Translations under genes and position numbers: made by a program
Part shown: positions 47,875-57,982 of the stretch, one piece after another
Position numbering within the stretch: position 1 is the stretch's first letter
How the letters are laid out: each line of letters opens with the position of its first letter
Virus record (IMG/VR): IMGVR_UViG_3300037310_000404
Span: 62,998-126,997 of that record
Direction: 5' to 3' (one strand)
DNA from: a virus
DNA: 64,000 nucleotides
Notes under the pieces: model-generated
Seen by the model: the letters and a program-made list of their open reading frames with translations, nothing else
Told to the model about the DNA's origin: nothing
The model's database searches: none

Positions 47875-48973
47875 TTAATTTTTAATAAAAACGCAATCTT
47901 TTATCAACTCATCAATGTCGCCATTTAATATTTTCTCAACCCCATATTCTCTGCCAGTCCTTTCATCTTTTACAATTTGTCTGCCATAAACCAAATAAGT
48001 TCTAATCTGATGTCCAAAACTAACATCATCTTTCTCGCCAGCCAATGCCCTCTCTTCCTTCTTAATATTCGATTCTTCTAGATATATTAGTCTAGATTTT
48101 AGTTCGTCCATGGCTATTTCACGATTTTCGTTTTGTGATCTAGTGGTTTGGCATTTTACCGTGATACCAGATGGGATGTGTTTAATTCTAACAGCCGTCT
48201 CCACCTTATTGACATTTTGACCACCTTTACCACCAGACCTAAAAAAATCTATCTCTATATCCGATTTTGGTATTTTTATATCTTTTTGTTCTCTATCAAT
48301 CACTGGCACAATATCCACACGAGCAAATGAAGTCTGCCTTCTCTGGTTTGCGTCAAAAGGAGAAATTCGCATGAGTCTATGCACCCCTGATTCGCGTCTT
48401 AATTTTCCATATACGTAATTTCCGTCTATCCTGAAAGTAACAGTTTTGATCCCAGCCACTTCTCCTGGTTGCTTATTAATTATAGATATATTGAGACCAT
48501 TCTTTTCCGCCCATCTGGAGTACATGCGCAATAGTATCTTAACCCAATCCTGGCTCTCTGTCCCGCCAGCTCCGGATTGGATAGTCAGAATAGCACTGTT
48601 TTTATCATATAGTCCAGAAAAAGCCCGCATACGGTCTATATCGTCAAGAGCAGATGCGAGTTTGATGATGTTAGTATCGAGCTCGCGGGCTATCCCTTGA
48701 TCGTCATGGTTCTCTAGGATCTCAATGGCATAAGCTATATTATCCAGCATAGAGGCTAAAGCTCTATATCGGTTCAGGTCTTCTCTTGTCGAGTTTATTT
48801 GTATTTGTTTTTGTTTCGCAGTCTTATTATCTAACCAAAAATTTTTTGACTGCATCTCAAATTCGAGGCGTGCTATTAAAGCCTCTTTGGATGAAACATC
48901 AAAGGAACTCCTGGCACTCCTTAACGCGGAGCGCAAGATTCTGGTATACATTTTTCAGCTTATTGTCCAACAT
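47875..48973 (-). CDS. prfB: Peptide chain release factor 2 with programmed +1 frameshift
   Basis: SPF and GGQ motifs; 24-codon first frame from ATG 48973 (SD AAGGAG) ends CTT TGA, and the +1 frame continues DVSSKEA. Confidence 0.93.
48898..48912 (-). promoter_or_regulatory. prfB +1 frameshift cassette
   Basis: AGGAG-TTC-CTT-TGA-T (internal SD 3 nt before the slippery CTT). Confidence 0.9.
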
Positions 48974-48983
48974 GACTTACTCC

Positions 48984-49271
48984 TTAATCGCATAGCTTTT
49001 TCTGTGACGATCTTTTGCTTATATCCTGTTCATCCAAATCAAAGGTTACTTCTACTATTCCATGCCCGTCGTCTCGATAATCCCTTAGCTCTGTAAACTT
49101 TCTCTGCTGCGGCAACTGACTCCATTCATATATCCTGTCGTTTATATCGAATGCATCGTATTGTCCGCCACACACCTTGCAATGAACCAAATATTGCATC
49201 ATCATTGTGCCGGTGCGCACTTCGTTATATCTTTCTAACGAATCAGTACTATCACACAAAAGACAGTTCAC
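48984..49271 (-). CDS. Zinc-ribbon hypothetical protein
   Basis: CLLC...CKVC; GTG start just after the tRNA. Confidence 0.6.
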   Translation of the reverse strand: MNCLLCDSTDSLERYNEVRTGTMMMQYLVHCKVCGGQYDAFDINDRIYEWSQLPQQRKFTELRDYRDDGHGIVEVTFDLDEQDISKRSSQKKLCD

Positions 49272-49281
49272 GGCTTACCTA

Positions 49282-49373
<92 letters not shown>

Positions 49374-49376
49374 ATT

Positions 49377-49550
49377 TTATGCTGCACTAACAAGCTTTTT
49401 AATGCATTTCTTACAGGTTATTTTCATTATATCATCTGAGGCGCGCCATGGATTCTTAATGTTTCTAGGCGTTTTACCACATTTTCTATCGCCATATATC
49501 CACTCGTCGCCAGCAATCAGAGAAGAATGGACTTTTCGACTGTCTTTCAT
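49377..49550 (-). CDS. 57-aa putative zinc-binding protein
   Basis: My translation: MKDSRKVH...KCG...ITCKKCIKKLVSAA; lies below a consensus promoter. Confidence 0.55.
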   Translation of the reverse strand: MKDSRKVHSSLIAGDEWIYGDRKCGKTPRNIKNPWRASDDIMKITCKKCIKKLVSAA

Positions 49551-49559
49551 AGTATTTAG

Positions 49560-49588
49560 ATTATATCAGACTATTTCTTTTTTGTCAA
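49560..49588 (-). promoter_or_regulatory. Consensus sigma70 promoter
   Basis: TTGACA-17-TATAAT. Confidence 0.85.
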
Positions 49589-49613
49589 AGAATGCTTTAT
49601 TTTTTATATAAAC

Positions 49614-49775
49614 TCACTTGTTTTCGACAACTGGCACATTTTTTGGCTGGTAACATCCCCATTCCGACCTCAGGTATTTCTCGCACTCAATACACCTTAT
49701 GCCCAGCAGCTTCTTCATCCCTTTTGTGTCTGTGGCGTATTGCCTGTATATACTTTTATCCTTGCTTTTTTTCAT
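49614..49775 (-). CDS. Small hypothetical protein
   Basis: ATG 49775 with SD GGGGA; CIEC. Confidence 0.4.
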   Translation of the reverse strand: MKKSKDKSIYRQYATDTKGMKKLLGIRCIECEKYLRSEWGCYQPKNVPVVENK

Positions 49776-50325
49776 GTCCCCTAAACAGTGTTGGGCTATA
49801 TAACTGTTCCATGTAGTGCCTGTGCGTTGCCATGATGATTTCCCGAGCCCTGTCTGATGACTCGTTTTCCCCAACCACTACCTCTTTCTTTTCAAGGATT
49901 TTGTACTCTTCAAAGAACCGCTTCAGTTCATCTTGTTGGTATTCTGGCAAGTCCTTTAGCTCCTTATGCATTGACACTGAAGCATCCCCTACCGGAACGC
50001 AAACTATCTTGCTATCGATCTTCCCTTGATCCATCATCTGAATGACACCAATAGGTTTTACATCAACAATACAACCGGGATAAATGATTGTTTGCCCGAG
50101 CACAACGGCATCAAGCGGATCGTTGTCATGGGCTAGGGTTTGTGGGAAGAACCCGTAGTTAAACGGGTATCGACTTGCCCCAAGCAAGACCCTGTCTAAT
50201 CTGATAACCCCATATTCTTTATCGAGCTCAAATTTGTTCTTGCATCCGGAGTTGATTTCTATAACTGCAGTACAAACTTCTGGAGAATTTTTCCCTAACT
50301 TTATATCATGCCACAAATGAACCAT
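49756..50325 (-). CDS. ppa: Family I inorganic pyrophosphatase
   Basis: KNKFELDKE, LDR, YPFNYGF, DNDPLD, D.KIVCV. Confidence 0.94.
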   Translation of the reverse strand: MVHLWHDIKLGKNSPEVCTAVIEINSGCKNKFELDKEYGVIRLDRVLLGASRYPFNYGFFPQTLAHDNDPLDAVVLGQTIIYPGCIVDVKPIGVIQMMDQGKIDSKIVCVPVGDASVSMHKELKDLPEYQQDELKRFFEEYKILEKKEVVVGENESSDRAREIIMATHRHYMEQLYSPTLFRGHEKKQG

Positions 50326-50346
50326 ACGTTGCTCCGGTTGATTGGT

Positions 50347-50907
50347 TTAATTACCTTTAGATATTTTTTCCAGAAAATTAAGTCTTGAATTCTTATGGCT
50401 ATTTTCTTCTACGGCTCCTGTTTGCACTTTGGCTTTTTCGACAGCTTCCGCTACCTTCTTCTCGATTTCCTGCCTGATATCCTGGGAGCTGTTGATTACT
50501 TTATCAACTAATTCAGAAATCTTTTTATCTTTGTTAATTTTTTCTTTATCCTTGATAATGTTATATGCCATCATCAACTTATTCAATTCTTCGCCCGGGC
50601 GCATCATTGTATATCTTTCATCGAACCACTCTTTCGACTCTGAAAAATTTCCAGTTCTAGCTTTCCCGGTGTCTGAGATGTATTCATATGAAAACTTTAT
50701 CTCGCCAAGAATAGTTGAATTAAGGTCCAAAATTTTTATCATTGAGACCGCAGAGACAGATGCTTCTGTAGAAACAAACCACTTGTCTTTAATTTTTTGC
50801 TTTAAAAACCAGACCTTTATTTCTCTAAAATTTACAAAAATGATCATGGCCGAAACTATTAATATCGTTATCAGCGGCAGAATAACTATTGGAGTTAGGC
50901 TATTCAT
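50347..50907 (-). CDS. Membrane-anchored hypothetical protein
   Basis: N-terminal TM; charged remainder. Confidence 0.65.
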   Translation of the reverse strand: MNSLTPIVILPLITILIVSAMIIFVNFREIKVWFLKQKIKDKWFVSTEASVSAVSMIKILDLNSTILGEIKFSYEYISDTGKARTGNFSESKEWFDERYTMMRPGEELNKLMMAYNIIKDKEKINKDKKISELVDKVINSSQDIRQEIEKKVAEAVEKAKVQTGAVEENSHKNSRLNFLEKISKGN

Positions 50908-51167
50908 TTCGCATTCTCAGCACTATGGGGCACAATCTTATTGCACACAGAACAATGCTTCTTCATGCCGTCTAGATCATACCAAGTAATCCATAAATGA
51001 CCAAATATCTTGCATGTGAAACCGCGTTCATCTAACCATAATTTAGCCATTATGCACACTATTACGATTGCATACATTAAAAGCATGCATATAAAAAATA
51101 CCAGCCCAATAACAATAATGGCGGCGAATAATACAATAGAAGCAATATCCCAAAGACTACTGGGCAT
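50904..51167 (-). CDS. Small membrane protein with C..FGH.W/CxxC motif
   Basis: Long hydrophobic stretch; CKIFGHLW...CSVC. Confidence 0.55.
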   Translation of the reverse strand: MPSSLWDIASIVLFAAIIVIGLVFFICMLLMYAIVIVCIMAKLWLDERGFTCKIFGHLWITWYDLDGMKKHCSVCNKIVPHSAENAK

Positions 51168-52074
51168 TCTTTTTCTCCTTGTATTGCAACCCGGCTTTGT
51201 AGACGGATAAAAATTCGTCCATCTTTACATAGGCACCGGAAGCTTCGTTGTGCCCACCTCCGCCGAATTTCTCAGCCAGTTCACGAGCCCTGGTTGTTCC
51301 GGGCAAACCCCTTGTCGATATCTTAATACGGTTCCCAAGAATGTTATAGACGAGACCAACGCCGTCAGGAGAAAGTCTTGCGAGCTCGTTGCCCACTTCA
51401 GAAATAGAAGCCCCATGCCCGGAATTAACTACTCGGACATTCATGCCAAACATAGTACAGACAGAGCTATTGTCTACGATATTTTCGACATCGTCCATGA
51501 GCCTTGAGCGCAGAAGTTTTCCAGCCTCAAGAGCTTTGGCATAATCAAATCCGTCTAGCAATACAGCCATATCATGCCATGAGCCGATCTTTGTGACCGA
51601 GCGAACATATTGATTAATGTAGACCGAGTCTGGGTTTTTTTCCCACTTCCATAGATCAGCTATCTCGATGAACTCTAATATTTGCGGTCTAGGGATTGCC
51701 CCTGGTAACTGATTAAAGAAATCCCAGGTCAAAGTAGCGCCGCACTTATTCATATCAAACTTGCACATAGAACGAACGATATTAGCCTTTTGCGGCTCTT
51801 TTTCCCAATATTTATCAAGATTATTCACGGCTGTAATATGGTGATCCAAAACAGCAAACTTAATGCCATTTTCATACAAGCCCCAAAGGTCTTCAGGATT
51901 TGGGCAAAAGTCGGTAAAAAGAACTTCATCACCCTTGTTTAGTGATAGCTCTGTCTTCCATTCGTGAGCATAAGTTGTCATGCAAATAGTTGCATCAGGC
52001 CTGAATCGCTTTACAATTGCGGCCGACATCGATCCATCTTGGCAGTTTTTATGCGATATGCAATAATAACTCAC
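51157..52074 (-). CDS. DHH/DHHA1 phosphoesterase (nanoRNase-like)
   Basis: HKNCQDG, TDF, DHH, GGGHNEASG. Confidence 0.88.
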   Translation of the reverse strand: MSYYCISHKNCQDGSMSAAIVKRFRPDATICMTTYAHEWKTELSLNKGDEVLFTDFCPNPEDLWGLYENGIKFAVLDHHITAVNNLDKYWEKEPQKANIVRSMCKFDMNKCGATLTWDFFNQLPGAIPRPQILEFIEIADLWKWEKNPDSVYINQYVRSVTKIGSWHDMAVLLDGFDYAKALEAGKLLRSRLMDDVENIVDNSSVCTMFGMNVRVVNSGHGASISEVGNELARLSPDGVGLVYNILGNRIKISTRGLPGTTRARELAEKFGGGGHNEASGAYVKMDEFLSVYKAGLQYKEKKNAQ

Positions 52075-52826
52075 TTTTTCTCCGATGTAAGTTTATCGTA
52101 CCACCTTCTGACGGTGTGTCTTTCTACTTTATAAATTTTTGCTACGTTTATTATACCAACTTTGTCTATTTGTGTCAATAGGGTATTTTTATCCGGAATG
52201 TCTTGTATGGTTCTTTTCTTGTATGGATTTTTTTTGATACATTCTCGGCAAAAGCCGGTTGTGTTATAGTAGTCGACCAAATTATCGCATCCTTTACATT
52301 TCTGTTTCTGTCTGCCTCTCCTTTTTGAATTAGAGGAGCAAAATGTCTCAGTTTGCGAATGACAATTTGGACATAAAATCCTTAGATTTTCTATCAAATT
52401 ATTAAATGGGTCACCATCGATATGATCAAGTTGTAATACCAGTGGTTTTTCGTTCCAAATATTTTCAACCGGACATAAGCAACATTTTTCCAGTAATAAT
52501 CCCTCGTTGATGAGTCTGGTTTTTAAATATGAACTATTATAATCTGAATTTTTTACCAAAATATCTTCAATTGGCCTCCTGCTAAGTCGCGGATTCTTCT
52601 TCCCTGCTCTAAGTTTATATGAATTGAATTTTGAATAGTCTATTCTGTCCTTATTCAGTCTAAACTTCAATTTTCTTATGCTGGAATTGCTGGTTCCATT
52701 AAATCTTTGGGTTGATCCATCTATGCCCAATCTCGCCAACGCCTCTTTGAATGTCTGGCTTTCATCAATTATTTTTTCTAGTTCAGATTTGTCTATTTCA
52801 TCTATAATTTGCCCAGGATATAGCAT
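52071..52826 (-). CDS. Free-standing HNH homing endonuclease
   Basis: LQLDHIDGDPFNNLIENLRILCPNCHSQT; C-terminal HTH-like segment. Confidence 0.9.
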   Translation of the reverse strand: MLYPGQIIDEIDKSELEKIIDESQTFKEALARLGIDGSTQRFNGTSNSSIRKLKFRLNKDRIDYSKFNSYKLRAGKKNPRLSRRPIEDILVKNSDYNSSYLKTRLINEGLLLEKCCLCPVENIWNEKPLVLQLDHIDGDPFNNLIENLRILCPNCHSQTETFCSSNSKRRGRQKQKCKGCDNLVDYYNTTGFCRECIKKNPYKKRTIQDIPDKNTLLTQIDKVGIINVAKIYKVERHTVRRWYDKLTSEKK

Positions 52827-52847
52827 GGTTGCCCCTTGATATTTGAT

Positions 52848-52877
52848 TTATGCCATCATTTAAAAATGATGGCATAA
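52848..52877. repeat. 14-bp inverted repeat between divergent genes
   Basis: ttatgccatcattt/aaatgatggcataa. Confidence 0.75.
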
Positions 52878-52925
52878 TAATATAAACTTATAAAATTTAT
52901 CTATTTTATAAAAACTTATTATAAT

Positions 52926-53285
52926 ATGATTAGATTATCTAACAGAGAAAAAATGCTCGTAGAAGTCGGAACCCAGGTTCAGACTTCATGGCAAATGAAC
53001 GACGGAGACGAAGGGAACCTTAATCTGGATCGTCGTGAGGAGTTTGGAGATATTGATGCCGCTAGAGATTTCGTGCTGGATTTAGCCGATCGCTATGATT
53101 TCACAGAACTTGATAGTTACTCGCCAGAAAATGGTTTCCTTCAGGTAAAAACTGAGCCAAGGGATAGTTCTGGTTCGTTTGTTACAATTATCTTGACGTT
53201 GGACAATTTCGATCCAGGCGACATAACTAGTCTTTATAAAGACATAGAGCAAAGAAGACAAATAGGGATTCATGCCAAATTATAA
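52926..53285 (+). CDS. Hypothetical protein
   Basis: Starts MIRLS; 22-nt upstream region nearly identical to that of 39077. Confidence 0.75.
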   Translation: MIRLSNREKMLVEVGTQVQTSWQMNDGDEGNLNLDRREEFGDIDAARDFVLDLADRYDFTELDSYSPENGFLQVKTEPRDSSGSFVTIILTLDNFDPGDITSLYKDIEQRRQIGIHAKL

Positions 53286-53775
53286 GCACGTCATATCATA
53301 CTTGGGAGAAAAAAGAGTTAGGGAACTTCACGAGGTTGACAAAAAGCTTGTGTATGTTACTGGCTATTATAATTACACTCCAGCGGTTATGGAAAAATTA
53401 CATGAAATGCATGACGCCGGGATTATTCCAAGCCCCCCGGTCAATATTGGCGGCGATATTTATTGGCTTATTAATAGAAAAATACAAAACTTTGTGAATG
53501 TTTATAGGGAAAATGACCTTCCATCAGTTGAAAGAAAAGGCCGCCAAGATTGGTGCAATAAGAGTTCGGATCCAGATAGAGAAAATGGCCCCTGTCGAAT
53601 CCACATCAACAATGGAAAGCCGATAGAATATTTATGGGTTAAACCGGGCGACCGCAGCATAACAGCTAGTGCTTTCCAGGAGTCAAAAATAAATACTATG
53701 TCGAGGGAAGAATACATAAATTATATTAAGAAAAACTTCCCGAACGCAAAACAGGAATACTTAGATGCGATATAA
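53272..53775 (+). CDS. NY.HLIAYLGQ-family protein with HRxDGPA-like repeats
   Basis: MPNYKHVISYLGEK; RENDLPS and DRENGPC. Confidence 0.7.
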   Translation: MPNYKHVISYLGEKRVRELHEVDKKLVYVTGYYNYTPAVMEKLHEMHDAGIIPSPPVNIGGDIYWLINRKIQNFVNVYRENDLPSVERKGRQDWCNKSSDPDRENGPCRIHINNGKPIEYLWVKPGDRSITASAFQESKINTMSREEYINYIKKNFPNAKQEYLDAI

Positions 53776-54313
53776 GTACCTCATAGCGTATCTAGGTCAG
53801 AGTAAGGGGTTGCAAAGTCTATCAGCAGATGACAGACGTCTTGTATTATTAAATGGATTTGGAAATTTTACTGACGACGTAATCAAAAGACTAACAGAGC
53901 TAAGGGATGCCGGATTGATCGAAAGCGCTCCAATAATAAACGATGAAGACGAAAATAATCTAAAATGGTACACCGTTAATGGGGTTGTATCTAGATCCCT
54001 TGGTGGCCCATCCGGATTGATAAAAAACTTCGGAACAGAAGACGCGCATTACGCCGAGTGGATGGTTAACGGCAGCTATCATAGAATAGATGGGCCTTCA
54101 AGGATAAATATTTCACCTGTTGATTCCTACATAGGATGGCACGAAGGAGCTAATATTATTGCAATTGAAAAAATAACATCTGCCGGGGTGGACTATTTTA
54201 TTGGACCACGCACCTTTTGTACCAAAAAAGCATATGAAGACTTAATAAGAAAGCATTATCCAGCAGCAGGCAACAGAATGCACTTTGAAGATTTTAAGGA
54301 TGAAGTCTACTAA
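53765..54313 (+). CDS. NY.HLIAYLGQ-family protein with HRxDGPA repeat
   Basis: MRYKYLIAYLGQ; YHRIDGPS. Confidence 0.7.
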   Translation: MRYKYLIAYLGQSKGLQSLSADDRRLVLLNGFGNFTDDVIKRLTELRDAGLIESAPIINDEDENNLKWYTVNGVVSRSLGGPSGLIKNFGTEDAHYAEWMVNGSYHRIDGPSRINISPVDSYIGWHEGANIIAIEKITSAGVDYFIGPRTFCTKKAYEDLIRKHYPAAGNRMHFEDFKDEVY

Positions 54314-55536
54314 TGGACTATAAATTTATTATTGCTTATATTGGTCAGCAAAAGCTAAAAGGTCTTAGCGATGATCAGATCATTCATATTACTGGAGTAG
54401 AAAACTTTACTCCGGGCATAGTTGCTCGTTTGCAAAAGATGTTTGTAGAAGGCAAGATACGTAGCCGCCCGGTTGTTGCGACAACTCCTACATATGAAAT
54501 TCCGGGTGATAATCGTAAAACAGTTACGTGGTATGATGCCGATGGCCGAATCCACAGAGACGGAGACTTGCCTGCCGAGGAGATAGAAAATACGATGCAG
54601 ACATGGTTTAAACATGGGCTGCGCGATAGAGAGACGGGCCCTGCAATTGTTTATAATAATGGCGATGTGACGTGGTTTAAGGGCGGTCGCGGCATAGTTT
54701 CTACAGATCCATCCATAGAGGTTTCGCAATCAGAATATGATGCTAATCCGGAGGCCGAACTGAAGAAGGCGGCCGAGCGATATATTAAATATTATGCCAC
54801 CAAAATTCAGGAAGAATTTCCTCAGGCAGATCCTGTCTATACAAGTGAAGAAGCACTAAACAGACTCAGAGAAAAAATATACGACGGAGACTTGACGGTA
54901 GTGGAAGATAGCGATATTGTGTTTGAGAACGAATGGGTAGATATCGAAGATGAACAATCGGATGTTGGAACCAATAAAAAAGCACAATATAAATATGTCG
55001 AGCCGTATATTGGAGAAAGAAGAAATAGAAGTTTACCCAAATATATGTTGATCCATGACTCTCTTAAGTCTGTAGGGATAAACCTGAAAGATAAAGTATT
55101 TAAATTTTTTAATGTTGACAGTGATTATTCGGTTTATGAGGCAGCGCCCCCGCCGCTAGGAACCAAATGCCACATGCTAATTGATGCACAAAAGCAAGAA
55201 GTTTTTATTCTTGGAAACATTGGCATTAGCTCGTTACGAATTGATGGGTTCCCAGAAAAATTCGATCCGGCAAAAATTAGAAAAATGATAGATGCGCTAA
55301 TTGAAAGTGCTGATGATAACCCCACCTCTCCTTGGTATAGATCAAAAAATCTTATTTATAATAAATTTTATGGTATACATTCAGATGGAAAAATTAAAGA
55401 ACTTGACGCGGCTAATATTTCAAGCGATCGCGCACGAGGGTTTGGTTATTGGAGAAAAATAAAAAAACTTAATACTGTTATTTTCCCAGACGATCCGATG
55501 AGTGCTTTATTCTACTTTGCAAATGCCAAACTATAA
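54313..55536 (+). CDS. NY.HLIAYLGQ-family protein, extended
   Basis: MDYKFIIAYIGQ; HRDGDLPA and RDRETGPA. Confidence 0.75.
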   Translation: MDYKFIIAYIGQQKLKGLSDDQIIHITGVENFTPGIVARLQKMFVEGKIRSRPVVATTPTYEIPGDNRKTVTWYDADGRIHRDGDLPAEEIENTMQTWFKHGLRDRETGPAIVYNNGDVTWFKGGRGIVSTDPSIEVSQSEYDANPEAELKKAAERYIKYYATKIQEEFPQADPVYTSEEALNRLREKIYDGDLTVVEDSDIVFENEWVDIEDEQSDVGTNKKAQYKYVEPYIGERRNRSLPKYMLIHDSLKSVGINLKDKVFKFFNVDSDYSVYEAAPPPLGTKCHMLIDAQKQEVFILGNIGISSLRIDGFPEKFDPAKIRKMIDALIESADDNPTSPWYRSKNLIYNKFYGIHSDGKIKELDAANISSDRARGFGYWRKIKKLNTVIFPDDPMSALFYFANAKL

Positions 55537-56167
55537 ACATCTCATCGCCTATCTTGGCGAAAAGAGAAACAAAAACATATCCGCTCGGGACTTCGGCTTC
55601 CTGTGCCCGCTATCAAGACTTAGAGACCTTCTTGCCGAGAAGGGCGTCTCTAATTTAGACACCATTAAATTTAATAATGTCTTTCGGTCTATGAGCAATA
55701 ATCCAAACTCAACACCAATATCGATTGGGATAGATGATTTTGAAAAGGCTAACAATTTAACAAGGGCAATTGGCGGATATTATGACGGTTCTGAGCATCG
55801 GATTATTTTTTCTGTAGCTGGAGAAGGGGATAAACAGATTGATCTAGAAGTATTCAAGAGAGTACCTCCAAAGAGATATTTAAAATTTTTCTATTCGTAT
55901 CTTGCAACCCCTAATCCGCTTACGCACTCGTTGCCAAATGACTATAGAGCTTTTTTTATTGATAGCAGAGACGAGTCCATAAAAGAGGTGAAAAATTTTG
56001 ATCCGAATACTGTTAGGCGCGGAGGGGTACAGGGTAATGACCTTCCCGGGTACGGTCCTTGGGCATTTACGAGAGTAGTTGGCGGCGACGAAAAAGTGAT
56101 ATTGTTCATACCGCCATTTACATCTTTGATCAATTGTTATGCGACCTACATGGAGGCAAATCCGTAA
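55523..56167 (+). CDS. NY.HLIAYLGQ-family protein
   Basis: MPNYKHLIAYLGEK. Confidence 0.7.
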   Translation: MPNYKHLIAYLGEKRNKNISARDFGFLCPLSRLRDLLAEKGVSNLDTIKFNNVFRSMSNNPNSTPISIGIDDFEKANNLTRAIGGYYDGSEHRIIFSVAGEGDKQIDLEVFKRVPPKRYLKFFYSYLATPNPLTHSLPNDYRAFFIDSRDESIKEVKNFDPNTVRRGGVQGNDLPGYGPWAFTRVVGGDEKVILFIPPFTSLINCYATYMEANP

Positions 56168-56187
56168 AAGAAACGGTGCCCACAAAT

Positions 56188-56219
56188 AAAAAAGACGAGT
56201 CTTTTGACTCGTCTTTTTT
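56188..56219. terminator. Bidirectional intrinsic terminator
   Basis: aaaaaagacgagtc-tttt-gactcgtctttttt. Confidence 0.9.
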
Positions 56220-56238
56220 ATTTCAGCTAATGGGAAGA

Positions 56239-56397
56239 TCAGGAAATAGTTACCTGATCAAGCGAAACTTTTTTTCCATCTATATCTCCATCGACAAGTT
56301 TGTTGAAAAACTCATCGATTGTCATATCCTTATTGGCGTCAGCCATTTTGAAGAACTCATCCATGGTTCCGCCTTCATACGTGGCAGTGATTTTCAT
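56239..56397 (-). CDS. 52-aa hypothetical protein with TMDEFF/TIDEFF internal repeat
   Basis: SD AAGGAGG; own promoter. Confidence 0.7.
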   Translation of the reverse strand: MKITATYEGGTMDEFFKMADANKDMTIDEFFNKLVDGDIDGKKVSLDQVTIS

Positions 56398-56429
56398 GGC
56401 GTCCTCCTTTTCTTTCTTCCTACGATTAA

Positions 56430-56458
56430 ATTGTACCAAATTACGAAATTTTTGTCAA
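56430..56458 (-). promoter_or_regulatory. sigma70 promoter
   Basis: TTGACA-17-TACAAT with TG extension. Confidence 0.8.
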
Positions 56459-56459
56459 G

Positions 56460-56867
56460 TTAAAAGCTTCCAAGACCATCCGAATGCAGAACCACTTCTC
56501 TCATTCTTGGAGTTACATCCTGGAAAGTGTTTGATCTCTTGATATAAAACTTGGCATCTTTCATCGGTGTGCCCTTCTCAGTTTCTAAATTCTGAAGAGC
56601 GTTTCTAAGAGCCTGAGTTAGTTCCTGCATAGACCTTTCTCTGTGGATAGAAAAACGCTTTGTTCCTCGCACGATTACGTCAAGAAGTTTTTCACGATGC
56701 TTGGCGTCAAAATCAAATATAATAGCACCCTGAGGGATCGTTCTCGGGTCCAAAGCAGCGGCATGTGATACTAATTGATCAGGTTCATCTTTAATGCCAA
56801 AAAACTCAGCAATAGACATTTGCCTGACATTTGCGGTTTTCATAACGATATTTTTATAGTTTTTCAT
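56460..56867 (-). CDS. Hypothetical protein
   Basis: SD GGAG; starts MKNYKN. Confidence 0.7.
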   Translation of the reverse strand: MKNYKNIVMKTANVRQMSIAEFFGIKDEPDQLVSHAAALDPRTIPQGAIIFDFDAKHREKLLDVIVRGTKRFSIHRERSMQELTQALRNALQNLETEKGTPMKDAKFYIKRSNTFQDVTPRMREVVLHSDGLGSF

Positions 56868-56918
56868 AGCCTCTCCGTTTTTGTATCTATGTGATTAATA
56901 TAATAAAATATTATAAAA

Positions 56919-56947
56919 TTGACATAATTTATGATTTATAGTATAAT
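56919..56947 (+). promoter_or_regulatory. Consensus sigma70 promoter
   Basis: TTGACA-17-TATAAT; ATG 7 nt downstream. Confidence 0.85.
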
Positions 56948-56953
56948 TAATTT

Positions 56954-57606
56954 ATGTATAAATATGGATATATGGGCCAAAAAAGGGCCTCCAAGCTTAA
57001 AAAAAGCCTATTTGACACTTCTGTATCTCAAGCAGAAGTCATTGATTTGTTGAATATATACAAGGACTATTCTCACTTCTTTTTTGGGCCTAGTATTAAC
57101 TGGAGATTTCAGGGGCCTCAAGAGCTGGCAAGAATATTTTCGTATATTAGTGCGGAGGGGCTGATTGTACGTATGACATTGTACTCGATCACGGCGCAAA
57201 GGTGCTTTTTGTTATTTCTACAGCAAAAAAATATATACACGATGCATTCGTTGCTAGTATGCACAGGATAGACATAGACGAAATGATCGCCTTATTCAAA
57301 GAGGGTGAATATTGCAGAAGTAATTCGACCAGCTTCAGACATGAATCCTACAAACATGTACTTATTAAGCCCGGTGTGAGCGCCCTTGGGAATGAGTTTT
57401 ATATTGAAGATGTAAAGATAGATACGAGCAGTTGCGTAGGATGGCCATGGAATATGCATAACGGCGATCCTGGTTACTCTCACATGACATCGAGGCTTTC
57501 TGCTGGTTTAAAAAGGAATATTTGTGTCTGGTTCGACAAGGTTTCCTCGACGGAATACACTACTTTTATACTCATGCTGTTTTTCTTACATGAACACAAG
57601 GGATAA
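56954..57606 (+). CDS. Hypothetical gene, probably one ORF split by a -1 frameshift at GGGG 57157-60
   Basis: ORFs 56954-57271 and 57202-57606 overlap; the second frame is open from 57151. Confidence 0.45.
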
Positions 57607-57982
57607 GCATCCTAATGCCAGACTTGGGAGAGTGCTTTATGAGAATGATCCGCATCCATCTTCGCAAGCATCGTTGGCAAAATTAAATAGCGATCTTTGG
57701 CGAACAGATGAAACCGTCTATCATGGCAAGCGTTGGAAAGAGTTTAAGGATAAGTTTCTTGATAAGATTATGGCTAATAATGGAAGCCTAACTTGTCATT
57801 ACTGTAAATCAGACAACCTGGCTAGAGATTGGCAAAAAGAGCCAAACGTTCCAGGAAACAAAAAAGCCACGCTGGATCATGTTATTCCGACAAGTCACGG
57901 TGGAGGTCTGTACGACGAGTCTAACCTAGTAGTTGCTTGCAAAAATTGCAACGAGAAGAAGGGAAACAAAACAAATGTTTGA
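57590..57982 (+). CDS. HNH endonuclease (short, McrA-like)
   Basis: CHYC...TLDHVIPTSHGG...SNLVVACKNCNEKKG. Confidence 0.9.
   Translation: MNTRDKHPNARLGRVLYENDPHPSSQASLAKLNSDLWRTDETVYHGKRWKEFKDKFLDKIMANNGSLTCHYCKSDNLARDWQKEPNVPGNKKATLDHVIPTSHGGGLYDESNLVVACKNCNEKKGNKTNV

Noticed and set aside
48887-48951. ORF-track start MYTRIL for RF2 and overlapping plus-strand ORFs
   Set aside because: Explained by the +1 frameshift from the SD-led ATG at 48973.
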